Counted from the first letter of the stretch, positions 9,016 to 19,578 are shown. The stretch is DNA of 57,210 nucleotides from Candidatus Woesearchaeota archaeon (GCA_019322535.1 JAHWIM010000062.1:1-57210), one strand, 5' to 3'. Numbers and translations are program-made. The notes: generated from the sequence alone by a model not told the origin.

Positions 9016-10460
9016 AATAAAAAATCTTTAACTTTTCCTAAAAGAGTTGCATTTTTCAGTTTCTTCTGGACTTCTTTTCCTGTCCAGCAGTATGTGCATA
9101 GTCTTTCCCTGGGCAAGCCAATTGCTTCAACCATGTCATCTAGTAACATGTACTGCAGAGAATCAACATCTAAGTCTTTAGCAATCCAGTCAATCATTTT
9201 TTTGTATTTCTCAGACTTAGGATCAAGATATTCAGAAACATCTTCAATATCACGACCTTCTATAGTTCTTATTGCTTTTCTTGCAGCTAATTCATTAATA
9301 CTTCTTGTACTTAAGTTATAGATACATGGAAACATTAAAGGAGGACAAGCTGGTCTTACATGTACTTCTTTAGCTCCTGCATTTCTTAGTTTATTGACTG
9401 TAAAATTTTTAAGCTGAGTGCCACGAACAATAGAATCATCACATAGAATAATTCTATTATCTTTAATTGTATCTTCATTTGGTATTAATTTCATCAAAGC
9501 AATTCTATCTCTTATCTCTTGAGAGGGTGGTGTATAGCTTCTTCCATAACCAGGAGTATATTTGAATAAAACTCTTCTATAAGGTTTGCCTGATTCCATA
9601 GCATATCCAATTGCATGAGCTGTTCCTGAATCTGGAACACCAGCAGCTAAATCTACTTCAACATTATCTCTTTTTGCTAAAAATCTTCCACATCTTTCTC
9701 TAACTACTTCTGTGTTTATACCTTCATAATTAGAAACAGGGAACCCGGTGAAAATCCATAAGAATGAACATCTTTTGTTGTTTTGATTACCTTTTTTTTG
9801 AGTTTCAATGCCTTTTTTGCTTATGAAAACAATCTCTCCTGGTAAAAGGAATTTTTTTATCTTGAAATTAAGATTTGGGAAGGCACATGTTTCACTAGCA
9901 ACAGCTATTTCTCCTTCTTTTTCTCCAATAATTAAAGGAGTTACACCATTTTTATCTCTAGCAGCATAAATTCCATCCTTAGTTGCCAAAAGTAAAGAAA
10001 CAGAACCATGAATCTTTTTCTGCATGAGTTCAATACCATCTATAATAGATTCTCCTTGATTTATTAGGCTTGCAACAAGTTCAGTTCCATTAATGTTTCC
10101 ATTATCTATTTCATAAAAAGAAAAGCCTCTTTTAATCAATTCATTAGAAAGTTCTTTTTTATTTGTTATAAGTCCTGCACAGCATAATGCATATGATCCA
10201 AATTTAGATTCAAAGCTTAATGGCTGAGGATCATTATCAGATACAACACCAATTCCTATGTTGCTTTTAATCCCTCCTATGTTAAATTTTGATTTAAATT
10301 GAGAATTAGAAATTTGATGGATCTTTTTTATAGGTCTTCCATTTTCATTAATATATGCTATGCCTCCATACTCTGTTCCTAGATGACTATGATAATCTGT
10401 TCCATGATATAGGTCAGAAATACAGTTATTGTTGCTTACTATGCCAAATATACCACTCAA
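9012..10460 (-). CDS. Amidophosphoribosyltransferase (PurF) paralog lacking the N-terminal catalytic Cys
   Basis: TTG start at 10460 with a GGAGGG SD 6 nt upstream, giving (M)SGIFGIVS rather than MCGI. The PRTase motif IILCDDSIVRGTQ, VPDSGTAHA and CPPLMFPC are all retained. Confidence 0.8.
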   Translation of the reverse strand: MSGIFGIVSNNNCISDLYHGTDYHSHLGTEYGGIAYINENGRPIKKIHQISNSQFKSKFNIGGIKSNIGIGVVSDNDPQPLSFESKFGSYALCCAGLITNKKELSNELIKRGFSFYEIDNGNINGTELVASLINQGESIIDGIELMQKKIHGSVSLLLATKDGIYAARDKNGVTPLIIGEKEGEIAVASETCAFPNLNFKIKKFLLPGEIVFISKKGIETQKKGNQNNKRCSFLWIFTGFPVSNYEGINTEVVRERCGRFLAKRDNVEVDLAAGVPDSGTAHAIGYAMESGKPYRRVLFKYTPGYGRSYTPPSQEIRDRIALMKLIPNEDTIKDNRIILCDDSIVRGTQLKNFTVNKLRNAGAKEVHVRPACPPLMFPCIYNLSTRSINELAARKAIRTIEGRDIEDVSEYLDPKSEKYKKMIDWIAKDLDVDSLQYMLLDDMVEAIGLPRERLCTYCWTGKEVQKKLKNATLLGKVKDFLF

Positions 10461-10472
10461 ATAAATCCCTCC

Positions 10473-11063
10473 TTATTTTTTAGCTTTTAATTCTTTGTAA
10501 AATGCTATTATTTTCTCTGCTCTTGCTTCTAGATCAGGATGCAGTTCTTCTTTTTTTGACAATACTACTTTTCCATCTGCATCAAATAATGAATTTGAGA
10601 ATACCCTTGCAACTAAAACCTCTCTTGGTTTATCTGTATATTCAACAGCTAATGTTCCATTTACTGCTTGTTCCAAAACTCTGTCTTCTTCAGATATTAA
10701 AGATTGAACAGCAACATAAGGCCTTACTTTTAAGTCTGTATTAGCCCCATCTATTATATTTCCATGCGCATCTCTTAGTAATCCTGCTCCTTCTTTAGGA
10801 ACAAGCACACCTTCTCTCTCTTCCCACAATTCTCCAAGAGCTAATAAATCAAAAGCATACATCATTACTTTTGGATCACTTTTAGTTGCTACACTCTTAG
10901 GATCATATGCAACTGGACCAAATATATATACATAAGAATTATTTGGGTCAAGTTTACCCCTATTTATTCTTGCTTGTCTATCTCCTTCTTTTTTTTCCTT
11001 TTCTGCTTGTCTCAATTCTTCTACAGCTACTGCTTCATCTTCTTCAAAAATTCCCATTGTCAT
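10473..11063 (-). CDS. Acidic hypothetical protein embedded in the purine cluster
   Basis: 196-aa ORF in the same orientation as its neighbours, starting 12 nt after the stop of the upstream purF-like gene. I recognise no motif. Confidence 0.6.
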   Translation of the reverse strand: MTMGIFEEDEAVAVEELRQAEKEKKEGDRQARINRGKLDPNNSYVYIFGPVAYDPKSVATKSDPKVMMYAFDLLALGELWEEREGVLVPKEGAGLLRDAHGNIIDGANTDLKVRPYVAVQSLISEEDRVLEQAVNGTLAVEYTDKPREVLVARVFSNSLFDADGKVVLSKKEELHPDLEARAEKIIAFYKELKAKK

Positions 11064-11156
11064 CCCCCCAAATTAAATAATAAGGAAAAAAAACATCTAT
11101 TTGCTATTTAAATATTATTATACTAAAGTTGCATTATTTATATATTACAACTGTCT

Positions 11157-12440
11157 TTATTTAACCAGATGTTTTTCTTTATCTTCTTGACCTTTCCAGT
11201 CTGGGAATTGTCTTGTTTTCATCTCTAGGTAATGCGCTGCTTTTTCTGCTCTTAGTTTTGCATCTGCAACAGTAGGTGCAGTAGCTAAAACAAGACCCAT
11301 TCTTCTGTTTACATGTGCTTCTGGCTTTCCAAAAGACATGAAACTTATTCCTTTTCTGTTCAAAGCTTTGAACATGTTGCCAAATGCAGGATCCCAGCCC
11401 TCATAAGGGCTTAACACAACGTGTGTTGCGCCTGGAGTAAGCATAGGAACAACATTATAGCCAAATCTGTTCTCAGTTGGAACAGGCATGCCTGTAATTG
11501 CTCTTACATGCAGACCTGCTTCTGAATAGCCTGTTTGGTGTGTTACAAATGTTACCATGCCTGTATCATGAGGTCTTGGTGAGCATTCATTTCCATAAAC
11601 TTTATCACCTTTTACAAAAAGCTCGCATCCAAAAAGACCTTGGCCTCCTAAAGCATCTGTTATTTTTTTTGCAGCTTCATAGATTCCTCTTTCAGCTTTT
11701 TCACTTACTTCTGCCATTTGCCAGCTGGAGTGATAATCTCCTCCTCTTGTTTGGTAATGGCCAACAGGCCTTGGAAATGAAGTTACAATTTTTCCATTTT
11801 CATCTAAATGCCTGACAGCTAATTCAGTAACTTCTATATCAAAAGGTATGTGCTGTTCAACAATCATTTTTTCTCCAGAGCCTCTTGCTTCGTTTTTTGC
11901 TTTTTCATAAGCTGTTTTAACATCTTCTGGAGTTTTTACAAAGCTTGAGCCATGTCCTGAGCTGTCCATTATTGCTTTAACCCAGCAAGGATAACCAAGT
12001 TTTTCGCATGCATCTTTCATTTCATCTAAAGTTGTTGTATAGATGTATCTTGATGTTTCTACATCTGCTTTTCTGATAAGCTCTCTTATTCTTTCACGCT
12101 GCATTGCTGCGTGTGTTGCTTTTGCATTTGGAATCACATTATAGCCTTCTTTTTCTAAATCAAACAGCATATCTAGATTTATTGCTTCAATTTCTGGAAC
12201 AATACAGTCTGGTTTTTCTTTTTCAATAATAGAACGCAGAAATCCTGCATCTTTCATATTGCCTGCATAAAACTTATGAGCAACCTGATGACCAGGAGCA
12301 TTCATATAACGGTCAACACCTATTGTGTAATAACCCATACGCTGGGCTTCAATTATAACTTCTTTACCAAGTTCTCCACAGCCAAGCAGCATTATTTTTG
12401 TAGCTTTGCTTGATGGTTGTGAAAATAAAATATTTCTCAT
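11157..12440 (-). CDS. purT: Formate-dependent GAR transformylase (PurT, ATP-grasp)
   Basis: IMLLGCGELGKEVIIEAQRMG...VDRY.NAP.HQVAH...PEIEAI closely parallels E. coli PurT. Start set at the ATG at 12440 (MRNILF), which has a GGGGGTG SD upstream. Confidence 0.88.
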   Translation of the reverse strand: MRNILFSQPSSKATKIMLLGCGELGKEVIIEAQRMGYYTIGVDRYMNAPGHQVAHKFYAGNMKDAGFLRSIIEKEKPDCIVPEIEAINLDMLFDLEKEGYNVIPNAKATHAAMQRERIRELIRKADVETSRYIYTTTLDEMKDACEKLGYPCWVKAIMDSSGHGSSFVKTPEDVKTAYEKAKNEARGSGEKMIVEQHIPFDIEVTELAVRHLDENGKIVTSFPRPVGHYQTRGGDYHSSWQMAEVSEKAERGIYEAAKKITDALGGQGLFGCELFVKGDKVYGNECSPRPHDTGMVTFVTHQTGYSEAGLHVRAITGMPVPTENRFGYNVVPMLTPGATHVVLSPYEGWDPAFGNMFKALNRKGISFMSFGKPEAHVNRRMGLVLATAPTVADAKLRAEKAAHYLEMKTRQFPDWKGQEDKEKHLVK

Positions 12441-12606
12441 GTAATGCACCCCCAAGTTTATTCCCAAAGTAGAAAAACATCAATGATTTATTAATTTAAT
12501 TGTTCTGTTTTGTATATATTTTTTTACTAGTTTTGTATACGATAAATGGACATAATATTTATATATGAGTTATTGCTAATTTTGTTTAGGAAAGGGGGTT
12601 TTTTTA

Positions 12607-15549
12607 TTGAGTATTTTTAGAATAGCTATTGACGCTAAAGAGAAGAGTTCAGAAGCAAAAGTTTTGGAAAAAAAGTTAAAAAGTTTAGGTTATAGTACAG
12701 TGCTTGATATTAGCAAGGTCTATACAATTCAATATGACTTTTCTGACGAGCAGATAAAAAAAATAGCTGATTCTTTGCATAATCCTGTTGTTGATGTGCC
12801 AAGAATTAATTCTCCAATTCAAAAAGAATTTGACTGGGCATTGGAATTAGGTTTTTTGCCTGGTGTAACTGATAATGTTGCAAATACTACTGCTGAAATT
12901 ATTAATGACCTTTTCAAGATTAAAATAGGAAGAAATAAGGTATTTACTTCAAAGGTTCTTTTTATCAAATCAGAGGATTTGAGAAAAGAAGATATTGAGA
13001 TTATTGCAAAAGAGCTTATCAATATTTTGATAGAAAGACTCCATATCAAGTCTTATGATGAATATGTTAAAGACAAAGGCATGGATTATATTGTTCCAAA
13101 AGTTAATCTTTCTCAGAAACAAGATATTGTTGAGATTGATCTTAATGTAGATGATGAAAAATTAATAGAATTAGGGAAAAAAGGAATTATTGATCCTGAA
13201 ACCAAAACAACAAGAGGCCCTTTAGCTCTTGACTTAGATTATTTCAAAGCAATTCAGGCTTATTTTAAAAAACAAGGCAGAAAAGCAACAGATATTGAGG
13301 TTGAATCTATTGCTCAAACATGGTCTGAGCACTGCAAACACACAATTTTTGCAGGAGAGATGGATGATATACAAGAAGGAATTTACAGAAAATACATTAA
13401 AGCAGCAACAAATAAAGTTAGAGAAGAGCTTGGTGAAAAAGATTTTTGCTTGTCTGTTTTTAAAGATAATTCTGGCGGGATTGTTTTTGATGAAAAATGG
13501 ATGATTACAGATAAAGTAGAAACTCACAACAGTCCTTCTGCATTAGATCCTTTTGGTGGAGCTATTACTGGAATTGTTGGAGTAAATAGAGATACTATTG
13601 GTTTTGGCTGCGGTGCACTGCCAATAACTAACAGATATGGTTTTTGTTTTGGAAGACCAGAAGATAGCAGCATTATCTATAGAGGGAAAGACAAAACAAA
13701 TGCTGCTTTAACTCCAAGAAGAATAATGGATGGTGTTATATATGGAGTTAATGTTGGAGGAAACTGCTCTGGCATTCCAACACCTATTGGTTTTGTTTAT
13801 TTTGATGACTGCTATAAAGGAAAGCCATTGGTTTTTGTAGGAACTGTTGGTTTGATTCCAAGAAAACTTCCTAATGATAAATTAGGCCAGGACAAAAAAG
13901 CTATGCCTGGTGATAATATTGTAATGATGGGCGGCAGAGTTGGAAAAGATGGAATTCATGGCGCAACATTTTCATCAGAAGCAATGGATGAAGGAAGCCC
14001 TGCAACTGCTGTGCAGATAGGAGATCCTATTACTCAAAAGAAATTGTCTGATGCAATTGTAAAAGAAGCTAGAGATAAAGGGCTTTACAACAGTATAACT
14101 GATAATGGTGCTGGAGGCTTATCTTGTTCTGTTGCTGAAATGGCAGAAGAAGCTGGAGGCTTTGTTGTTGAGCTTGAAAAAGTGCCTTTAAAATATCCTG
14201 GATTGCAGCCATGGGAAACTTGGATTTCAGAATCTCAAGAAAGGATGACCTTGTCTGTGCCTGATAATAAACTAAAGGAATTTATTGAGTTGATGGAAAG
14301 AAGAGGTGTTGAAGCAGTTGTTATAGGTAAATTTAATGATACTGATAGAGCTATTGTCAATTTTAATGGAAAAGAGATATTTAATATTGAGATGGATTTC
14401 TTGCATAATGGCTTGCCAAAAAGAAAATTAGAAACAAAAAAATACCCATACAATACAGAAGAGCCAGAGATTAAAGTTGATAATCAGCAAGAATTGTTTG
14501 AAAAGATTCTAGGCAGCCATAATAACTGCGGTTTTGAATTTATTTCAAAGCAATATGATCATGAAGTTCAGAATAATTCTGCAGTAAAGCCTTTGCAAGG
14601 CAAAGGAAGAGTTAATGGAGATGCTTCTGTTATAAAACCTTTGTTTAACAGTAAAAAAGGAGCTGTAATATCACAAAGCCTTTATCCAAGACTAAGTGAG
14701 ATTAATTGTTATGATATGGCTGCATGTGCAATTGATACATCAATAAGAAATTGTGTTGCAGTTGGAGGAAATATAAATCATCTTGCTTTGCTTGATAATT
14801 TTTGCTGGTGCAGTTCAAATGAACCTGAAAGATTAGGGCAATTAAAAGATACTGCAAAAGCTTGTTATGATTATGCAACTGTTTACAAAACACCATTTAT
14901 ATCTGGAAAAGACAGCATGTTCAATGATTTCAAAGGTTTTGATGAAAAAAATAGTGCTGTAAAGATTTCTGTTTTGCCAACATTGCTTGTTTCAAGCATT
15001 GGTGTAATTGAAGATGTTAAGAAAACAACTACTATGGATTTTAAAATGCATGGAGATTTGGTTTATGTTATTGGAAAGACAAAAGATGAATGTGGTGGAA
15101 GTGAGTTTTACAAGGCTTATGGAAAGATTGGTGCAAAAGCTCCAAAAGTTGATGCAGAAAAAGCAAGAAAATTGTATGAAAAGATGTATGAACTGCACAA
15201 AAAAAGTATATTGAGTTCTTGTGCTTCAGTTGGCAAAGGAGGATTATTGATTACATTAGCTAAAATGTCAATAGCTGGTCAGCTTGGTGTTAAAGTTGAT
15301 GTAAGCAAAGCAGCTGATTTAGCTGTTGAGAAGATTTTGTATTCAGAATCACAGTCAAGATTTGTTGTAACAATTGATCCTAAGAATAAAGAAGAGTTTG
15401 AAGAAGCTATGAAAGATTTTGACTTGGCTAAAATTGGAGTTGTAGGAGATAAGGGGGAATTTACAGTAAATAATGGTGAAAAAGAAGTTATTAAATCTGA
15501 TGTTAAAAAATTAGAAATGGTTTACAAAGAGAGGTTTAAGGATTACTGA
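12607..15549 (+). CDS. purL: FGAM synthase II (PurL) with fused N-terminal PurS-like repeats
   Basis: 980 aa with a TTG start after a GGGGG SD. The N-terminal ~160 aa look like two PurS-like units (LPGVTDNVANTT...). These are followed by SEHCKHTIF, GIVGVNRD and GGRVGKDGIHGATFSS. Confidence 0.92.
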   Translation: MSIFRIAIDAKEKSSEAKVLEKKLKSLGYSTVLDISKVYTIQYDFSDEQIKKIADSLHNPVVDVPRINSPIQKEFDWALELGFLPGVTDNVANTTAEIINDLFKIKIGRNKVFTSKVLFIKSEDLRKEDIEIIAKELINILIERLHIKSYDEYVKDKGMDYIVPKVNLSQKQDIVEIDLNVDDEKLIELGKKGIIDPETKTTRGPLALDLDYFKAIQAYFKKQGRKATDIEVESIAQTWSEHCKHTIFAGEMDDIQEGIYRKYIKAATNKVREELGEKDFCLSVFKDNSGGIVFDEKWMITDKVETHNSPSALDPFGGAITGIVGVNRDTIGFGCGALPITNRYGFCFGRPEDSSIIYRGKDKTNAALTPRRIMDGVIYGVNVGGNCSGIPTPIGFVYFDDCYKGKPLVFVGTVGLIPRKLPNDKLGQDKKAMPGDNIVMMGGRVGKDGIHGATFSSEAMDEGSPATAVQIGDPITQKKLSDAIVKEARDKGLYNSITDNGAGGLSCSVAEMAEEAGGFVVELEKVPLKYPGLQPWETWISESQERMTLSVPDNKLKEFIELMERRGVEAVVIGKFNDTDRAIVNFNGKEIFNIEMDFLHNGLPKRKLETKKYPYNTEEPEIKVDNQQELFEKILGSHNNCGFEFISKQYDHEVQNNSAVKPLQGKGRVNGDASVIKPLFNSKKGAVISQSLYPRLSEINCYDMAACAIDTSIRNCVAVGGNINHLALLDNFCWCSSNEPERLGQLKDTAKACYDYATVYKTPFISGKDSMFNDFKGFDEKNSAVKISVLPTLLVSSIGVIEDVKKTTTMDFKMHGDLVYVIGKTKDECGGSEFYKAYGKIGAKAPKVDAEKARKLYEKMYELHKKSILSSCASVGKGGLLITLAKMSIAGQLGVKVDVSKAADLAVEKILYSESQSRFVVTIDPKNKEEFEEAMKDFDLAKIGVVGDKGEFTVNNGEKEVIKSDVKKLEMVYKERFKDY

Positions 15550-16370
15550 TGGTAAAAGTATTGATAATGTCTGGATATGGAATTAATTGTGAAAGAGAAA
15601 GTGCGCATGCTTTTGAATTAGCTGGTGCAGAAGCTGAAATTGTTCACATCAATGATTTGATTGAAGGAAAAAAGAAGATGTCTAATTATGACATAATGAT
15701 GTTTCCAGGAGGATTTTCATATGGAGATGATACTGGCTCTGGAAATGCTTTTGCAAACAAAGTAAGAAATAATTTATGGAAAGATTTGATGGAATTTATT
15801 AATTCTGGAAAATTAATACTTGGAGTATGTAATGGATTTCAAGTTATGACTCATCTTGGTTTATTTTCATTGCCTTCTGGAGATTATGGCACAAGAATAA
15901 ATGCAATGGAAGCAAACAACAGCAATAGATATGAATGCAGATGGGTTAATATTAAGAATAATAGTTCAAGCTGTGTTTTTACAAAAGGAATTTCTTTAAC
16001 ACACCTTCCTGTTGCTCATGGTGAAGGAAGATTTTTTTGTGATGAGAAAGTGCTTGAAGAACTTAAGAAAAACAATCAGATTGTTTTTAGATATTGTGAT
16101 GAAGAAGGTAATAGTGCAGATGGCGAATATCCATTAAATCCAAATGGTGCAATGGCTGATGTTGCTGGAATTTGTGATAAAACAGGAAGATTAATGGGTA
16201 TGATGCCTCATCCAGAAAGAGCAATTTATTCTATAAGTGAGCCAGAATTTCAGCTGAAAAAAGAAATTGCAAAGAGAGATAACAAAGAAATGCCTGAGTT
16301 AATAGAAACTAATTTTATGATATTCAAAAATGCTGTAGAGTCTGTTAAAAATAAAAAATGTGCGGAATAA
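15549..16370 (+). CDS. purQ: FGAM synthase I glutaminase subunit (PurQ)
   Basis: GVCNGFQ nucleophile elbow and MMPHPER at the C-terminus. Its ATG overlaps the purL TGA stop. Confidence 0.9.
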   Translation: MVKVLIMSGYGINCERESAHAFELAGAEAEIVHINDLIEGKKKMSNYDIMMFPGGFSYGDDTGSGNAFANKVRNNLWKDLMEFINSGKLILGVCNGFQVMTHLGLFSLPSGDYGTRINAMEANNSNRYECRWVNIKNNSSSCVFTKGISLTHLPVAHGEGRFFCDEKVLEELKKNNQIVFRYCDEEGNSADGEYPLNPNGAMADVAGICDKTGRLMGMMPHPERAIYSISEPEFQLKKEIAKRDNKEMPELIETNFMIFKNAVESVKNKKCAE

Positions 16371-19027
16371 CTGCAATAATAAGTAGAAAAAATGAAGTAG
16401 TGGATAATATTGCTATTGGTTTATCTTCTTTGCAGCATAGGGGACAAGATGCTTCTGGAATTATAACAAGTGAGAAAGATAAAATTTTTGTAAAAAAAGA
16501 ATTAGATTCTGTACATAGGGTTTTTACAAGAGAAGAAAGAGAAGAATTAAGAGGAAAAATGGGTGTTGGTCATACAAGGTATGCAACACAAGGCAAAGGC
16601 ACATTAGATGATGCGCAGCCAATAGTAACAAAAAATATACCTCATATTGCATTAGCGCTAAATGGCAACACAATTAATTATTTTGATTTAAAAGAAGAGT
16701 TTTCAAAAAAAGGAAAAAAGCTGCATACAACTGTTGATACTGAAATTATTCTTAAGATATTTGCAGAGCAGTATTACAAGAAATATGATTTTTTTGAAGC
16801 AGCAAGAAAAGTTATTCAAAAAGTAAGGGGTGCTTATTCTATAATTGGAATGATTTCAGGCAAAGGCATATTTGCTATAAGAGATCCGTATGGCATAAGG
16901 CCTTTGGTTATAGGTAAGAAAGGAGATTCCTATATTTTTGCATCAGAAACAGTTGCGCTTCAAGTAATAGATTATGAATATGTCAGAGATGTTGAACCAG
17001 GAGAAGCTGTTTTTATTTCTGAGGATTTAAAGATAGAGGATAAAATAATATTTCAAAATGGAAGGGCACATTGCATGTTTGAATGGGTTTATTTTGCAAG
17101 CCCAAATAGTATGATTGAAGGAAGATCTGTTTACAAAGCAAGGCTTGCTCTTGGAAGTCTTTTGAGCAGACATATAACCAGAGACATTGCTGATATTATC
17201 TGTCCTGTACCAGACAGCGGAAGAACAGCTGCTATAAAATTGAGTGAAGATTCAAAAATAAAGTATAGGGAAGGGCTGATAAAAGATAGAAATGTTCAAA
17301 GAACATTTATTATGTCATCGCAAAAAACAAGAGAAGAACAGGTTAGAAAAAAATTAAGACCTATAATCAGCATTCTTAACAATAAAAGAGTTGTAGTTGT
17401 TGATGACAGCATTGTAAGAGGAACAACCTCAAAAAGAATAATTAAAACATTAAAAAAAGGAGGAGTTAAAGAAGTAACGTTTGTTTCTGCCTGTCCTCCA
17501 TTAAGATATCCTTGTTTTTATGGGATTGATTTTGCAACAAAAAAAGAACTTGTTGCTTCTGATAAATCCATAGAAGATATAAAAAAATATCTTGAAGCAG
17601 ATGGTTTGGTTTACGCTACTGTTGATGATTTAAAAAATGCTATAAGGAGGGATGTTTGCATGGCTTGTATTACTGGAGATTATCCTGAAGAACCTTCAGA
17701 AGAACAAAAGAAGAAGTTAGGAGGCCAAAGAATGGGTGAACAAAAAACACTTGATAATAATATTAATGTTTTAATAATTGGAAAAGGTGGAAGAGAGCAT
17801 GCTCTTGCATTAAAAGTTGCTGAGAGCAGACTTCTTGACAAATTATTTGCAATTCCAGGCAATCCAGGTATTGCAGAGGTTGCTGAATGTCATGATATTG
17901 ATATAATGGACAATGAAGCAATAGTAAAGTTTGCAAAAGAAAATAATATTGGTCTTGTGATTGTTGGTCCAGAAGATCCTCTTTGCAATGGAATAACTGA
18001 TGAACTAGAAAAAAATGGAATTAGAGTATTTGGTCCAAATAAAGTTGCTGCACAATTTGAAGGTTCAAAATCATTTGCTAGAACATTTATGAAAAAATAT
18101 GGACTTCCAACTGTTGAATTTGAAGAATTTGCTGATTTTGATGAAGCAAAAAAATACATACAGCAAAAAGGAGCACCAATTGTTGTTAAAGCAGATGGAC
18201 TTGCTGCTGGCAAAGGTGTTTTTGTTGCTAAAACAGAAGAAGAAGCAATTAAGTTTGCAAGAGAATGCTTGGAATACAATAAATTTGGCAAAGCTTCATC
18301 AAAAGTCATAGTAGAAGGATGCTTATTTGGAGAAGAAGCATCTTATCTTGTTTTTATGGATGGTGAAAACTTTAAGCCAATGGTTTATTCTCAAGACCAT
18401 AAACCAATTTATGAAGGTGACAAAGGGCCTAACACAGGCGGAATGGGAGCTTATTCTCCTGCACCAATCTTAGATGGATTAGAAAAAGAGATGGAAGAAA
18501 AGATTATCAAAAGATTTATTGAGGGAATAAAGAAAGAAGGCATTGAATACAAAGGAGTTCTTTATGCAGGTTTAATGAAAACAAAACAAGGGCTTAAGCT
18601 GTTAGAATTTAACTGCAGATTTGGAGACCCTGAAACACAGGTTATTCTGCCAAGACTAGATTCAGATATACTAGAAGTAATGAATGCTGTAATTGACAAG
18701 AAACTTGGTGAAACAGAGGTCAAATGGTCTGATAAACATTGTGTTTCTGTTGTACTGGCATCAGGAGGTTATCCTGGGTCTTATGAAAAAGGCAAAGTAA
18801 TAACTGGCCTTGATATGGTTGAGGGAGCACAGGTAATACATGCAGGAACAAAAGAAGAAAAAGGCAAAATTCTTACAAATGGAGGAAGAGTGCTGAACAT
18901 TGTTGCCCTTGGAGAAAGTTTGAAAGAAGCTGTTAGCACTGCTTATTCAAAAATAAAAGAAATAAACTTTGATGGAATGTACTTTAGGAGAGATATTGCA
19001 AAAAAAGAACTAGACAGACTTAAATGA
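16358..19027 (+). CDS. purF/purD: Fused amidophosphoribosyltransferase / GAR synthetase (PurF-PurD)
   Basis: One uninterrupted 889-aa frame. The N-terminal half has MCGITAI, VVVDDSIVRGTT and ACPPLRYPCFYGIDF. The C-terminal half has NVLIIGKGGREHALA, ADGLAAGKGV and EFNCRFGDPE. Confidence 0.9.
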   Translation: MCGITAIISRKNEVVDNIAIGLSSLQHRGQDASGIITSEKDKIFVKKELDSVHRVFTREEREELRGKMGVGHTRYATQGKGTLDDAQPIVTKNIPHIALALNGNTINYFDLKEEFSKKGKKLHTTVDTEIILKIFAEQYYKKYDFFEAARKVIQKVRGAYSIIGMISGKGIFAIRDPYGIRPLVIGKKGDSYIFASETVALQVIDYEYVRDVEPGEAVFISEDLKIEDKIIFQNGRAHCMFEWVYFASPNSMIEGRSVYKARLALGSLLSRHITRDIADIICPVPDSGRTAAIKLSEDSKIKYREGLIKDRNVQRTFIMSSQKTREEQVRKKLRPIISILNNKRVVVVDDSIVRGTTSKRIIKTLKKGGVKEVTFVSACPPLRYPCFYGIDFATKKELVASDKSIEDIKKYLEADGLVYATVDDLKNAIRRDVCMACITGDYPEEPSEEQKKKLGGQRMGEQKTLDNNINVLIIGKGGREHALALKVAESRLLDKLFAIPGNPGIAEVAECHDIDIMDNEAIVKFAKENNIGLVIVGPEDPLCNGITDELEKNGIRVFGPNKVAAQFEGSKSFARTFMKKYGLPTVEFEEFADFDEAKKYIQQKGAPIVVKADGLAAGKGVFVAKTEEEAIKFARECLEYNKFGKASSKVIVEGCLFGEEASYLVFMDGENFKPMVYSQDHKPIYEGDKGPNTGGMGAYSPAPILDGLEKEMEEKIIKRFIEGIKKEGIEYKGVLYAGLMKTKQGLKLLEFNCRFGDPETQVILPRLDSDILEVMNAVIDKKLGETEVKWSDKHCVSVVLASGGYPGSYEKGKVITGLDMVEGAQVIHAGTKEEKGKILTNGGRVLNIVALGESLKEAVSTAYSKIKEINFDGMYFRRDIAKKELDRLK

Positions 19028-19578
19028 AAAAACAAGAAATAAGAGAAAGGGTTAAAGAAGTTAGAAGTAATTTGCCCCATGAGACTGCTCTAGAAAAAAG
19101 CAAAGGAGTAATAGAAAACTTAAGCAAATTAAAAGAATTCATTAAAGCAAAAACAATAATGCCTTATGTTTCATTAGGTGTTGAAGTAAATACAAGAGAA
19201 CTTATTAAAGATGAATTAACTAAAAAAGAAAAAAAGATTATAGTGCCTTATATTGAGGAAGATATAATTAAAGTTAGTCAGCTTAAGGATTTTAATGATC
19301 TGGCTGCAGCAAACTATGGGATATTAGAGCCTGTTAAAAAGTATAAACACAAAGGAGATATTGACTTGGTTTTAGTGCCTGGTGTTGCTTTTGATAAAAA
19401 TGGTTCAAGAGTTGGATTTGGAAAAGGATATTATGATAAATTTTTAAAAACATTGAAAAAATCACTTAAAATTGCTCTTGCTTTTGAAGAACAGATTGTT
19501 GATTTTGTTCCTTGTGAAAAGCATGATAAACCAGTTGATATGATTATTACTGAAAAAAGAATTATAAGGTGTAGATAA
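19024..19578 (+). CDS. 5-formyltetrahydrofolate cyclo-ligase
   Basis: 184 aa with LVPGVAFDKNGSRVGFGKGYYDKFL. Confidence 0.85.
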   Translation: MKKQEIRERVKEVRSNLPHETALEKSKGVIENLSKLKEFIKAKTIMPYVSLGVEVNTRELIKDELTKKEKKIIVPYIEEDIIKVSQLKDFNDLAAANYGILEPVKKYKHKGDIDLVLVPGVAFDKNGSRVGFGKGYYDKFLKTLKKSLKIALAFEEQIVDFVPCEKHDKPVDMIITEKRIIRCR

